Assembly: GCA_036785375.1 (NCBI GenBank)
Contig: JAWMAR010000033.1
Span: 11,408,001 to 11,472,000, forward strand
Origin: Leucoraja ocellata
Taxonomy: Eukaryota
DNA length: 64,000 nucleotides
Reading direction: 5' to 3'
Under the pieces are notes generated by a model that worked only from the letters and a program-made list of their open reading frames with translations, did not search any database and had not been told where the DNA came from. The position numbers were made by a program, and so were the translations under genes. This document shows, piece by piece, positions 40,502 through 51,205 of this stretch. Positions within the stretch are counted from its first letter, which is position 1; every line of letters starts with the position of its first letter.

Positions 40502-40986
40502 CTGGAAACCAGAAACAGGGAATGCTTTGAATGTTCAATAAAGACAGCCAGTGAACAGATAGTTTGGAATGAATACAGCATTGACTATGGTTTATTCATA
40601 AGCAGCAGTTACAAGTCCAGTTTGCATTGTTAGCCAGTACATTTATTTGATATTTACTTTGTTTATGGTTTCAATGGAAAATTTACTTCAAGGTCAGGTT
40701 AACTTAGATATCAGTTATTCAAGATATTATACATGGTGCATGTAGATTTTTGTTACAGAGTTTTTCTTCATGCCCCAGAGTGGCAAGGATCAAATCAGGC
40801 GAGGTTTACCATCACTGTCCCGTTACCTTTGCTGGAAAGAACTTTTATTGGATAAGTACTTGCTACCTTGAGTTCATACACACAAAATATTTGCCAGAAG
40901 ATGATTGTAATACAAATCGTATCCCAACAGGGTCAAGATCATCAATTAAAGGGAAGAAAAGATTGTTGAAGGGGAAAAGTAATTTA

Positions 40987-41085
<99 letters not shown>

Positions 41086-42531
41086 CTAAAGTGCCAAAAT
41101 AAACAACGGTGAAAAAGTACAGTAATAAGGAAATTGGGGTAAGGATGAATTCACATGTTGATTTTCACAGGTACAATGTGAGCACACATTTCAAGTAAAG
41201 CCAAGACTAAACATAGCTGAATATATTATGGCTATGCACACACTTCAGTTTTCCATGTGTTTAGTGGTCTGTGAATGCCAAGCACAGCAAACAGCATCTA
41301 ATTGAGTTCCTACTATGTCTCAATGCATTGTGGTAGCTAATCATCACAATAAAACAGCAGAAAGGCTGTAATGGTTCCTACTCACCCTGGACTTGCCAGA
41401 ATCAAATAGAGAAAGCTGCCTGGGTCAGATTACTGTCGGGTGTCTGTTTATGCAAATGTCCGGAAAGATCAGGATTGTTCTCTTAAAACGTCTGACATTG
41501 TCAAAGTTAAAAGCGGAATACTATCAACAGGATGACTTGCATTTAGCTAGTTAGCTACTTATATTATTCAAGCTTAAAGGAAGTACACACTACTCGGTAG
41601 TGTATGAATCATCATCACAGGCATCATTATGTTGTCTTCCACTTTCAGTATCATTTATCCTACTTTTCAATACCACACCTTTGATTAATGTACACATCAA
41701 TCTAACTCGTTTTGTAATAAGAGTGAATTCTTAAGTCACCCAATGACATGTCAGAAACCCAGCAAAGGTTCTGAAAAGGTTGTGAGTTTGTGTGAGAACA
41801 AATGCAACACAACATGAACAAAATTGGTTCTTCATGCAAATAGAAAATAGCTTTGTTTGTACATAGGCAGATTGCTCTAACTTCTGTGGCCTGCTGACAA
41901 ATTTTGCATTTTGCAGCAAATTCCAGTCTGTTGTCTGATTGTACATGTACAGCACTCAAATTCTCATATAGTAAGTTACGTACACTTCTAGTGCTTGTAA
42001 AGTGTACTATTATTTGCTTAAGTATCGATAATATAGTTATGTTTAATTGAATTATTTAGGATTAACTGTTCATGAATTGATTCTCATCAGATTGATGATT
42101 ATTCTGTTAAAATTGGTCACTAACCAAAATGGCCAGATTACAACTTGCTTCTCAGTAGGTGAGCACCATACTACATTTTTGATATATATTTGATGACTTT
42201 GGTTTCCATTATCCACAGACAGTTTGCAGAACCAGTGGCAGCCTCAGTATGTTTATGCCATTAGACACCTTGGGAAAGATTAAACACTATTTCAACACTT
42301 CCTGCAAAGACTTGGGGCACTGGTCGTGTGAGATTCTTTACAGATATCTGTTTAGTGGAAACGTCTGATTTTTGAACAATGCTGTGAACTTTCCGCAAAC
42401 GGCAGTCTATATTTTAAACTGCCATAGCTATGTTGTACTTATTATCATAAAAGTAGCCAGCCATCATATTTATATATTACACGTTTAATTCACCTTGTTT
42501 CTAACTTCAGCCAGGATCCGAGGAAACTTAC

Positions 42532-42590
42532 CTTGCCATGAAGATCTGAATTTAAAAGCATAATTGCACAGATGAGGGTGTGGACAGCAT
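42532..42590 (-). CDS. PSD4: PSD4 Sec7 exon
   Basis: ctgtag| ... AAG|gtaagt; 59 nt; DAVHTLICAIMLLNSDLHGK (Sec7 motif 2). Confidence 0.96.
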
Positions 42591-43582
42591 CTACAGAGAA
42601 TAAGGAGCAAACGTTATGAGATCAGACAAGTTCTTTGTTTTAACTATCATTGTCCTTTTTAATTTCAAGTTAAAATGCGATATAATTGGAAACCAAAACA
42701 AAAATTAACAACTGATCAATTGTTTATATTGCTGGCATGCCTTGTCACATCTAGAATATACAGGGATTAAATGGAACTACAATCCCAGACTGCTGAAACT
42801 ACACGGATATGGAGATGGGTTTGCATCATAATGCTCAGTAAAACTGGACATGGAAAGTATTGTGTGTACTTTCATCGCCAGACTCAATTAATAATGGGTC
42901 TTAGGCTGGGTCATAAACTCAAGGTCTCCAGACTTGTATAGTTGTCCATGGACTGCTTTGTCTAGTGCTGGAGAAGCAGCTGTAAAGGCCCATGGTGTTC
43001 CTGCTGAGGAAGCAGTTCTATTCCTTCTGACTGCAGATTAAACAATGTTCACTGTTACCTTGTCATTGACAGTTTTCAGTGGGTATATAATGACAAAATA
43101 AAATTTGAATAGGACAATTTACAAAAAGGATATTGAAACTGGCAATTGGGCCTTTTTGTCATTTTGACGGATCTTGTTTTATTTTATTGTCAAAAACACC
43201 TGTATAATGCAAGCACATGTTGAATGTTTTCCAAGTGGGGCAGGTCCGAGCCCTAGACTGACCACTGGCCCTATTTTCTATCTAGATACCAGTCATAGAT
43301 ATGTGCTAATTTTACCTTCATGTTTCTTATTGATAGATTAGGTTTAAAAGAATGACTGCTCTTTTTGTCCACAACAAAGTAAACAAAAACAAGATACACT
43401 TGCCTGCTGTTTTTAAATTAGATGGGAATAAATTACATATAATACAAATAATAGATGATAACCTTCTGTTAAGTTATTGGAAAGTATATTTATTGGACAG
43501 ACACGTGATCTCAATCTGGGCCCATATGGATAACATAGTAAAGCTGGTGTGCAGTGAGGCTGCTCCAGATAGTTGCTCGTAC

Positions 43583-43695
43583 CTCGACTGTGAACAATGT
43601 CCGGATTACAATGCTGGAAACGATTGGAGAAGCAATGCAACACTCGCTCCCGTTCCTGCGTCTCTCCCGTCAGTGCTAATGACAACAGGAATTTT
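43583..43695 (-). CDS. PSD4: PSD4 Sec7 exon with catalytic glutamate finger
   Basis: cacag| ... G|gtacga; 113 nt; [31 protein letters not shown] (GETQERER motif of the EFA6 family). Confidence 0.96.
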
Positions 43696-43822
43696 CTGTG
43701 GACAAAATCAGAAAAGAATCTCACAAAAGATGCACATTAATATTGTCATTAATAGCTTATTAAATATTTTTTTACAAAATAATATTCGACCCATAACAAA
43801 TTCAAAAGATATCCAAGACTAC

Positions 43823-43903
43823 CTTAGTGCCTGATCAAGGGTCATCTCTCGGAAGTCAAATAGTTGCAGATATTCCTCAGCTACCATCTGACTGAATTCA
43901 TTA
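43823..43903 (-). CDS. PSD4: PSD4 Sec7 exon
   Basis: cctttag| ... AG|gtagtc; 81 nt; NEFSQMVAEEYLQLFDFREMTLDQALR. Confidence 0.95.
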
Positions 43904-44234
43904 CTAAAGGATAAAAAAGGAGAGAAATCTGAGAAGATTGCTTCTGCTTCTTCCGAGAAGGGTTAGTTTGGCAAATAGTCTTAATAGTTTTGTTAATTTA
44001 GCCAAAGAATATTTATGCAGACCAACATTGTCAATGATGGTAGAGTAGTGAATATATTTCTGCAATTCCATCAGACATATTAATAGAAACATTAGCTGAC
44101 ATTTTAAAGGAGATCAATTCAATGAAATTCAACCAAACTTGCAGAAAAAAAGAGTAAACATGAAAATGTTAAGAATCTGACCCTAAATGTGGCTTTTTAT
44201 ATGTTTCAATAACTTTGAGTTTAAACTGACATTA

Positions 44235-44690
44235 GGGACAGAAACAGGCATTTGACCCACCACGTCCATGCCAACCATTTTGCCCATTTACATCAATCCC
44301 ATTTGCCAGCATTATGTAGTGTCTTTCTATGTCTTGTCTACTTGGGTATCTGTCTAAATAATTACAAGTAGTAGGTGAATCTGATTCCATACATCCTCTG
44401 GCAGCATGTTCCAGATATCAGCTGCTTTCTGTTTAAAAAATGACTGCCCCTACACCCCCCCCCCCCCTTTAAATCTCCTACTTTCCACCTTAAAACGATG
44501 TTCCCTTGTGTTTAAGGACCCCCACTGTGGAATAAAGATTTATGACCATCTAGTCTTTTTCTGGCACATATAATCGTATGTACTTCTATCATGTCACCTC
44601 TCAGCTTCCTGCACTCCATGGGAAAACAAACCCAATCATCCCTGTAACTAAAGTCCCACAGTTTAGGCAACACCCTAATAATTCTCTATA
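44235..44690 (-). mobile_element. CR1 LINE 3' fragment, decayed
   Basis: Reverse CR1 tail and ORF2 remnants similar to 25225-25812. Confidence 0.65.
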
Positions 44691-44994
44691 CTGCGTCCCA
44701 GGGCTGTCAGACTATAGTTCGGCAATTAGTTGTGAAGACATTGTGATTCACGGGACCTGGCTGTGATCAGGCATGGTCTCTGAATTGCAATATTGTACTT
44801 GGGAGCATATCACAAGAATTTGGTGCATGATTTGGATGACTACACTAAATCAGTTTGTAATTGTTATCAGTGTCATTGCTAACAGTCTGCATGTTATAAT
44901 TTTATTTAAGCTTTAAATGAGCAGATTTGAGAACTAATTATTTACCAGCCTGGCTATAAACCATGTCTTCAGCAGAAGTAATGGCATGTCTTGT

Positions 44995-45306
44995 AAAACT
45001 GAAAAATGTGCAAGACGGACGAGGTCAGACACGTGGAGTGAGGAGGCCGCTGCTGAGGGAATGAACAAAGGAGGATCCGGTGTAGGGAGACCAGCGTGAG
45101 GTTGGGGGAGAACAATGGACAATGGAGACCCGGTGTGTGGGATCGGTGTGGGTGGGTGGGGGTAGGGGAGAACAAAGGGGGACCTGCCACAGATACTGTG
45201 TATAGTTTGTAACTTTGCCAGCACCCTTATATGGCGACTTTTGCATACCTTGCGTATGCAAGGAAAGAATTTCACTGGCTTCACTAAAGTATTCATTCAT
45301 TCATTC
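44995..45306 (+). mobile_element. Unclassified SINE-like element (relatives at ~51530-51703 + and ~54756-54990 -)
   Basis: G-rich body, shared gtaactt...gc(a/g)ccctt...ttgcatacct...aaagaatttcactg 3' block, microsatellite end. Confidence 0.6.
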
Positions 45307-45344
45307 AAAACATTATTGTGGAAATGATTGTGTAACGGACATAC

Positions 45345-45536
45345 TTCTTTTCTATGTAGGGTGCAATATCCGTCTTCTTAAATCCATCCAGATGGTAGAG
45401 TTTGTAAGCCAAGCTAATGGCAACTTCTTGGTCTGGTTTATCCCCATTAGCCAGTAGAGCTTCAAAGTCCATTGGCTTACTTGTGATGCTTGTTTCTGGC
45501 AGAATTTGAGGTTGTTGCTTGCTCTGAATGACATCA
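45345..45536 (-). CDS. PSD4: PSD4 exon, start of Sec7 domain
   Basis: gatacag| ... |gtatgt; 192 nt; LANGDKPDQEVAISLAYKLYHLDGFKKTDIAPYIEK matches the EFA6/PSD Sec7 N-terminus. Confidence 0.93.
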
Positions 45537-45887
45537 CTGTATCAAGGCAAATAAAATAACAGTCTGTTAAGAATACAAAGTGCTGTAATCACGTGGTATT
45601 CTCTTCTTCCTCCATCATTTCAGCACGGGACTGGAATAACCCCACAACACTTCAGGCCCTGAACATTCTAGGAATAGGAAACATCTTTTAGGCCTAAGAA
45701 ACCTATCCTTTTGAAATATCAGCTGCATATTCTGTAATTCCTTTCTTCCCACAATAAGATCACTAAGGTTGCTTTAAGCCACCCCCTTCATTACCTTCTC
45801 ATCAGTATCCTTACTTCCCATCTGCAGATTGGATCTGATGTGAATGGATCACAGCTCGTCATTCTCCCACTCAGTATTCATGCAGAA

Positions 45888-46114
45888 AATAGACACAAAA
45901 AGCTGGAGTAACTCAGCGGACAGGTAGTATCTCTGGAGAGAAGGAATGGGTGACATTTCGGGTCGAGACTCTTCTTCAGACTGAGTCTGAAAAGGGATCT
46001 CAACCCACAATGTCATCCATTCCTTCTTTCCAGAAATGCTGCCCGTTCACTGAGTTACTCCAGCTTTTTGTGTCTAGCTTTGGTTTAAACCAACATCTGC
46101 AGTTCCTTCTTACA
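45888..46114. mobile_element. Short PLE-derived hairpin element in a PSD4 intron
   Basis: Inverted arms plus tail; perfect 16-bp flanking repeat cagtattcatgcagaa at 45872-45887 and 46115-46130. Confidence 0.9.
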
Positions 46115-47324
46115 CAGTATTCATGCAGAATAACTAGCAGTAAGTAGCCTTGCACTGGCTCCAATGGGCTAGCATATAAGTAGCTGAGACTATTTGATTA
46201 TTATTAAGGTTTTGACATGATCCTTACTTTGGTTTCTGACCTCTGACACGAAGGCTAGCCCTGAAGCACCGTGCTGAAAGAACAGCTGCCCAGAGCAGAG
46301 TGAAGCAACTGCTTTAATTGCTGTTTTTGTAAATCGCTGCTGTATTATACGTTAAAAGTAACATCTATGACGACTATTTTATTGATACAAAATAGCATTG
46401 TAATTAGATCATCAAATATTTTAAGATTAAAAACGGAATGACTACACACTGAGTCACATATCCTTGCATGACATCTGGCATCACGTGCCAAATACTATTA
46501 ACAGGAATACCACAGCTTTATTTAATGTGAGTAGATGTAACAAAAGTCCAAGCAGTTGTAGAAGCTTGGACCTTTGCAGCTTTGTGGTTGGCAACCTATT
46601 GATTGCACTAGATGCAGTCAAGCAAATTAATAGGAAACCTCACTGTTTGTCTTCAAATGGCCCTCTGGCAGCAAGATCAATGAGAGCAAGATCAATGGCA
46701 CAACACCAACATGAGAACAGTGCCCAAAAGCTTCCATATAAAGGTTGTGGAAGCCGCTGCTATGATCTTAAGATTTCTATGCCCAAGAAAAAAGTAATGA
46801 CTTCAAAGCTGTTGGGGGGGGGGGGAGAGGTGAGGAGGGGCAGTAAGGCTAGAAAGCACCAATTGGACAAGCAGCTGAGCATATAGGTGCCAGCAGAGCA
46901 ATAGATAGATAGGACATTGCATACTGTAATTGCTTCAGATTTAGGAAATCCTGGCTGTTTTAAATGCAAAGCCAGATAATTCAATGTGCAACTTGGAGCA
47001 TTGCTGAGGACATTTTGTTTAGTGAAGAATGGGTGGTAGCCAAATGGCCTTAAAAATAAAACACAGCCTAATTTTTCATGAAGCTCAATTAAAGATAAAT
47101 CATAAAAGTAACTTTTAAGAATAAAACAAAACTAAAAGATATCATTGGTCTATTTGCATCGATAAATAGGAGTACCCCTGTACTGAATATTATTTGAGGT
47201 AAAGATTTTTCCTTCCGTTGGACATGTATGAATTGGACTAATGCCAATGTCTATATGCCTATCCTATTATCCTTGAGAACATGAAGTTGAGCCACTTTCT
47301 TCAACACTGTGATGAAGATATTAT

Positions 47325-47470
47325 AGACAATAGACAATAGGTGCAGGAGTAGGCCATTCGGCCCTTCGAGCCAGCAACGCCATTCAATGTGATCATGGCT
47401 GATCATCCACAATCAGTACCCCCTTCCTGCTTTCTCTCCATATCCCCTGACTCCGCTATCTTTAAGAGCT
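47325..47470 (-). mobile_element. CR1 LINE 3'UTR
   Basis: Reverse complement of the 17210-17330 3'UTR with (agacaat)n tail; shorter copy at ~37925-38010. Confidence 0.8.
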
Positions 47471-48306
47471 ATTCCTGCTATGTTGTGAACTCAACCTTTG
47501 GTCTAAATGATGGTGAAGGGATGGCATTGTATTCCTGGTCACACTGATATGTGATGTGGGAAGCTGCAATGCTGCAGGTGTTATAATTTGTCTTCTGTGT
47601 CATAGAGGTTGGACATTTATTGTGTGGCATCCATCAAGCTTTGGTGAGCTGCTGCAGTTTAATTTGTGGAAATTGCACACTGCAGTTCATGGTACAACAG
47701 TGATAGATAGATTGATTGTTTGAAATAGTGGATGGGGTGCTAATCAACTGGACTCTTTTTTCTAGATGTGGCCAGACTTGAGTGCTGCCAATTGGAGAGT
47801 ATTCCATAACATAGTATATCAATGGTTGACAAACATTGCCAAGTTAGGAGATGAATCATTCACTGTAGAACACCTGCCCCAACCTGCTCTTATAACCACA
47901 CTGCGTGTGCCTTTTCTGATCAGTGATGCAAGAATGTTAATAGAGGAGATGGTACCTCCTCTTGTCCGTATCCCATCAGTCAAGATGATGGAGGAGTTCG
48001 AGGCTTTGGCTGATCATTGTGCTTTTGAGCGCATGGCTATGTCAGTAGATTTGTACTTGTCTGAGGAATAACTAGTTCCATTTTTGGACAAGTCCTTATC
48101 TAACAGAACTATAAACTTGTCAGGAAACTCTTCTGCAACAAGTTAGAATCCAATATCAAATAGGTTGATGGACTCGGATTCAGTGAAGCCCACAAAATAC
48201 ATTTAGATTGATATTTAATGGAGAAAAATAAAGTGCAATTACATGAATCTAACTCACAAAGAGCTGGGATAGACCCAGTGGGTGAAATGATTTCCATCTA
48301 TTATGT

Positions 48307-48819
48307 GTAGGAAGGAACTGCAGATGCCCTTATGGCTAAAGGGATCGGGGATATGGAGAGAAGGCAGGTACAGGATACCGAGTTGGATGATCAGCCATGA
48401 TCATATTGAATGGCAAATGGTGCAGGCTCGAAGGGCCGAATGGCCTACTCCTGCACCTATTTTCTATGTTTCTATGTTGGTTTAAACCAAAGGTATACAC
48501 AACATTCTGGAGTAACTCAGCGGGACAGGCAGCATCTTTGTGAAAAGGAATGGGTGATGTTTTGGGTTGAGTAATTATAAGTTCTATGAAGAAGAGTCTC
48601 GACCCGAAACGTCACCCATTCCTTCTCTCCAGAGATGCTGCCTGCCAGTGCCGCTGAGTTACTCCAGCACTCTGTGAAACGTCACCCATTCCTTCTCTCC
48701 AGAGATGCTGCCTGTGCCGATGAGTTACTCCAGCACTCTGTGAAACGGCGCCTATTCCTTCTCTCCAGAGATGCTGCCTGCCTGTCCCACTGAGTTACTC
48801 CAGCATCTTGTATCCTCCT
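48307..48819. mobile_element. PLE-derived hairpin element with triplicated arm and nested CR1 3' end (~48329-48477)
   Basis: Tail split by a CR1 tail; three tandem arm units starting at 48606, 48676 and 48742; flanking repeat tctattatgt at 48297-48306 and 48820-48829. Confidence 0.85.
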
Positions 48820-49017
48820 TCTATTATGTACTGTTCTACATTCTCAATTTATGGTTATAATTTATGTTAAATTATTCATACCTTCAGACATATATTGTTT
48901 GTTACTCAGCTCATTTCACAATAGTAAAAGGTAATTATTTTGTGCTGATCACTAATTATCCAGCATTGCTAAGTGCTACTATGCTAAACAAGTCAGCTTG
49001 AGTGAGAACATACTTAC

Positions 49018-49462
49018 TTTGCAATGATCAGGTCTGTGATTTCTTCATTCTCATCTTTCTCCTGTTGTCGAGGTGAGTCACTCAGTTCCATCCCTTCAAC
49101 GTTTGGATCAACATTATCATAGATGTTATTAATTGGTCCTTTCTTTCCAGTTATTGTGCATTCCAAATGTTTTTGGTCTATGTGCAACACTGTATGATTG
49201 TTCATGGTTTTGTTCCATATCTCCCGATCGGCCATAGGAGCTGCTTGGTTTATTACCTGGCAATCGCGGAATGATGATTTGGTATTCACTGAGTTCCCCG
49301 TCTGGCTGGCTTTTTCTGTCTCAGTAGAAGCTTCTTGTTCTTGGTAGACATCATCTATGTGATCCCTGAAAGTTTCTATCATTGATGTATGCTGATTGTC
49401 AGAGAAAAGCACTGCTTCAGAGATCGCTGTGATGCAGCTGGTCCCAATAGTCTCTTTTATAT
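49018..49462 (-). CDS. PSD4: PSD4 coding exon 3 (DIKETIG...TDLIIA)
   Basis: ctctccag| ... GCAAA|gtaagt; 445 nt, phase 1 to 2, open frame (part of ORF 49014..49619). Confidence 0.82.
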
Positions 49463-49568
49463 CTGGAGAGAACAAAGAAATAATTACAGGCTGCTGGGAA
49501 GAACAAGGAGTATGAAAATAGTTCAGATGAAAAAATAAGAACCAGCGGGGTGGGATGCAAATACTTAC

Positions 49569-49680
49569 CAGGAAAGAATGCTTCCTTGGCATTGAAATAA
49601 TTGGGCAAGGATTCTTCATTGCTTGTTATTTTCAGCTGTTTGGAGGGCGATTGATTTCCAAATGAAAGGTAGCTGGAGTC
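49569..49680 (-). CDS. PSD4: PSD4 coding exon 2 (DSSYLSFGNQ...KEAFFP)
   Basis: ttgttgtag| ... CCTG|gtaagt; 112 nt, phase 0 to 1, open frame. Confidence 0.8.
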
Positions 49681-51108
49681 CTACAACAAGAGAAAAGGCC
49701 ATCAGTTACATGTGACCAAGTTGTATCTGTGAATTAACAAGCTCCAGAATCCTGTGCTGTACATGTTCTCTTTATGGACAAACGATCAACTGTTGTAAAA
49801 GAGTAAGGTGTCAATTGACATAAATATTTAGAGAAGGCTCTGATAATTTAGTGAACTGAACCACAAAGACCTGGAATGACCCAGGTGGATCATCTATCTG
49901 TGCTGTTGTACAGGGCCGACTCTGGCCACTAAGTGGGGGGAGGACCTTTGATTGTTTTCCTTTATCTCCTGGTGAAACGAGTTTCCACCAGGACACTTGC
50001 AGATACATTTCACTTAATCGTCTAGTTTCATGATCCATACTTAGCTAAGACACAAAGTAAGAATTGGTTCTAAGAATGGGCAGATTGGGATTATTGACTC
50101 AAGGCGAGTTTCCGTTAGAGAATGGCACAGATGAGTTGATTTCCTGCCTGAGCAGGTGGAAGGTGGGGGGAATTTTAATCACTGACTGATTCACGTCTTG
50201 GACGGCATGGAGAATCAATAGGATAAATAACATTATTTGTGAGGAAATGAGAGTTTGTAACATTTCCAACCATGTTTGAAATTATTCTGTTCTTCCTGAA
50301 GATCTGCAATCATGCAAGTGATGGCCTATCTTAAACCCAGAAACATATTTGCTTCTGACTAGTTCGAGAGCCATCTGGTCTCACCTTAATAGAAATATTT
50401 CCTTCATTCTATCCATCTCTCTTCCACCTTTTCAGCTACGTAAAAATAAAGTTTTCTCTCTCCCTAGTTCTGATAAAACTTTAACTGGTTCCCTCTTTAC
50501 AGATGCTACCCAACGTGCTGAGTATTTCCCTTTTGTTAAATAAATGTAATTTGCTACTTTATGCTTTAATTGCTATTTTCTGACGCATATTATCTCTTAA
50601 ATAGGAAAACAGGCCAGTCGAGGTTTTCATTACATGAAATATGTGCTTTTAAAGTATATTTTGGCAACAAAAGCAGAAATGTTCAGGCATAACCCTCCCG
50701 CCATATGGTCTGCCTGTTCCCGTTTCTCGTTTCTCATTGGCTTTAATTGGTCACGTTCTGTGCAAACAAACACTTACCCCATGGTGTATTTTACCAGCAA
50801 GGTCTTTATGTAAAATGAACCATGATGATTTGTGTTTGATCAAATGTTACATTTTGTCACTTCTTTACAAATATAGTTAAAGAACAAAACACTGAATGCT
50901 GAGGTACTGAGAGGCCCAAGGGTGAAATCTCACTCCAACCTGTTTACCTACAATGTTGAGCAAGACTGCTCTAAACTGTGGTTATGGTGCTTAGTGGTTT
51001 CTGGATCACAGTTACACAATTCCTTTCATTCCTTCATATACATCCTTCACGATGATAACATTCTAAGCCCAGCACATTTATTTGGCACAAATTACACACA
51101 ACACTGAT

Positions 51109-51205
51109 TTAGACACAAAATGCTGGAGTAACTCAGTGGGACAGGCAGCATCTCTGGAGAGAAGGAATGGGTGACGTTTCGAGTCCAGACCCTTCTTCAG
51201 ACTGA
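51109..51205 (-). mobile_element. Short PLE-derived solo with intact hammerhead core, sense to PSD4
   Basis: Minus strand CTGAAGA-A-GGGT-CTGG-ACTC-GAAAC-GTC at 51200-51173. Confidence 0.85.

Noticed and set aside
43352-43834. 160-aa plus-strand ORF (likewise 55831..56250 and 32072..32518)
   Set aside because: Antisense shadows of PSD4 exons.
47955-48132. Exon-like minus-strand segment in a PSD4 intron
   Set aside because: Its best frame hits a stop, and the flanking exons already join in phase without it.
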